The translations under genes and the position numbers were made by a program. Of a stretch of DNA of 64,000 nucleotides, positions 63,600 through 64,000 are shown in pieces. Each line of letters opens with the position of its first letter. Position 1 is the first letter of the stretch. The notes below the pieces were generated by a model. The model was given only the letters and a program-made list of their open reading frames with translations. It did not search any database and was not told where the DNA came from. The stretch is from an uncultured Candidatus Bathyarchaeia archaeon. GTDB lineage: Archaea; Thermoproteota; Bathyarchaeia; Bathyarchaeales; Bathycorpusculaceae. Location of the stretch: assembly GCA_964558305.1 (NCBI GenBank), contig CAZLCE010000006.1, positions 3,231 through 67,230 on the forward strand, in the 5' to 3' direction.

Positions 63600-64000
63600 G
63601 CTGAGTATTATTAACGCCGAGCCGAGTAGCCAGCAGTAAAATGCGAAAAGATGAAACTTTTTCGCGGTTAGGATTTTCCAGAGGAGTTTTAAAGCCAAGT
63701 AACCGACAAGCATTGCTGCAATCATTCCGGCAAGAATTTCTATTGAGCCCAAACCTGCTGTTGCCAATTCGGCAGATTGTTTGTAAAGGGTTAAGCCTAA
63801 AGCGCCAAGTATGGCTGGAATAGAAAGCAGAAACGAGAATTTGAAGGCTCTTTTCCGTTTTATTCCAACCAGAAGTGCGATGGCGATGGTTGCTCCGCTT
63901 CTTGAAATGCCTGGGATTATGGCTATGCCCTGTGCTGTGCCGATTATTAGGGCTGTTAAATAGGCTATGTTATCTGTGCTTTCTTTTCCAGCTTTTGACG
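63585..64000 (-). CDS. uppP: Undecaprenyl-diphosphate phosphatase (BacA/UppP), C-terminal part; the 5' end lies beyond the right edge
   Basis: The reverse-strand frame is open to the window edge. My translation includes ..GIAIIPGISRSGATIAIALLVG.. (the PGxSRSGxTI motif), followed by the track ORF 63585-63767. Confidence 0.85.
   Translation of the reverse strand, partial: SKAGKESTDNIAYLTALIIGTAQGIAIIPGISRSGATIAIALLVGIKRKRAFKFSFLLSIPAILGALGLTLYKQSAELATAGLGSIEILAGMIAAMLVGYLALKLLWKILTAKKFHLFAFYCWLLGSALIILSLGVF

Noticed and set aside
1-64000. tRNA, rRNA, SRP/RNase P RNA, CRISPR arrays, IS elements.
   Set aside because: I scanned all intergenic regions by eye and found no GC-rich cloverleaf-like segments, no regularly spaced direct repeats and no transposase-like ORFs. 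Without a covariance-model search, small ncRNAs cannot be excluded.

Overview
This window looks like an archaeal chromosomal segment. The markers are TBP, RadA, an archaeal class I CCA-adding enzyme, an archaeal-type signal peptidase, THUMP/Trm-G10, the UPF0200/UPF0201 pair and MtrH. A Bathyarchaeia/TACK-like lineage is my guess only. All functional calls come from motifs I recognise in the supplied translations; no database search was run.

I call about 61 protein-coding genes at high density. I found no rRNA, tRNA, CRISPR array or transposase. Housekeeping genes (radA, two-subunit class I fumarase, pyrE, tbp, tldD/pmbA, an Lhr-like helicase, rnz, prs, hmgA, thpR, cca, uppP) flank an accessory island of about 20 kb (about 23.7-44.1 kb).

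The island combines several modules:
- A corrinoid methyl-transfer module: two non-pyrrolysine MttB-family methyltransferases, a B12-binding corrinoid protein, a bacterial-type [2Fe-2S]-ASKHA reductive activator, and MtrH.
- A D-aminoacylase, two further amino-acid/peptide enzymes (a class III aminotransferase and an M20 peptidase), and a saccharopine-dehydrogenase-like + BKACE pair.
- An Opp/Dpp-type ABC importer whose substrate-binding protein ends in CARDB + dockerin-like modules.

The most unusual direct observations are:
1. A 214-bp stretch that encodes the dockerin module, stop codon and oligo-T tract. It is 100% identical in two otherwise unrelated secreted proteins lying exactly 17,400 bp apart, and identity drops sharply to about 82% just upstream.
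2. The gene content of the methyl-corrinoid island.
3. An NFACT/Rqc2 homolog that overlaps a retropepsin-like protease gene.
4. A patchy strand-composition mosaic at synonymous sites (G/T versus A/C) that ignores coding strand and sometimes gene boundaries.
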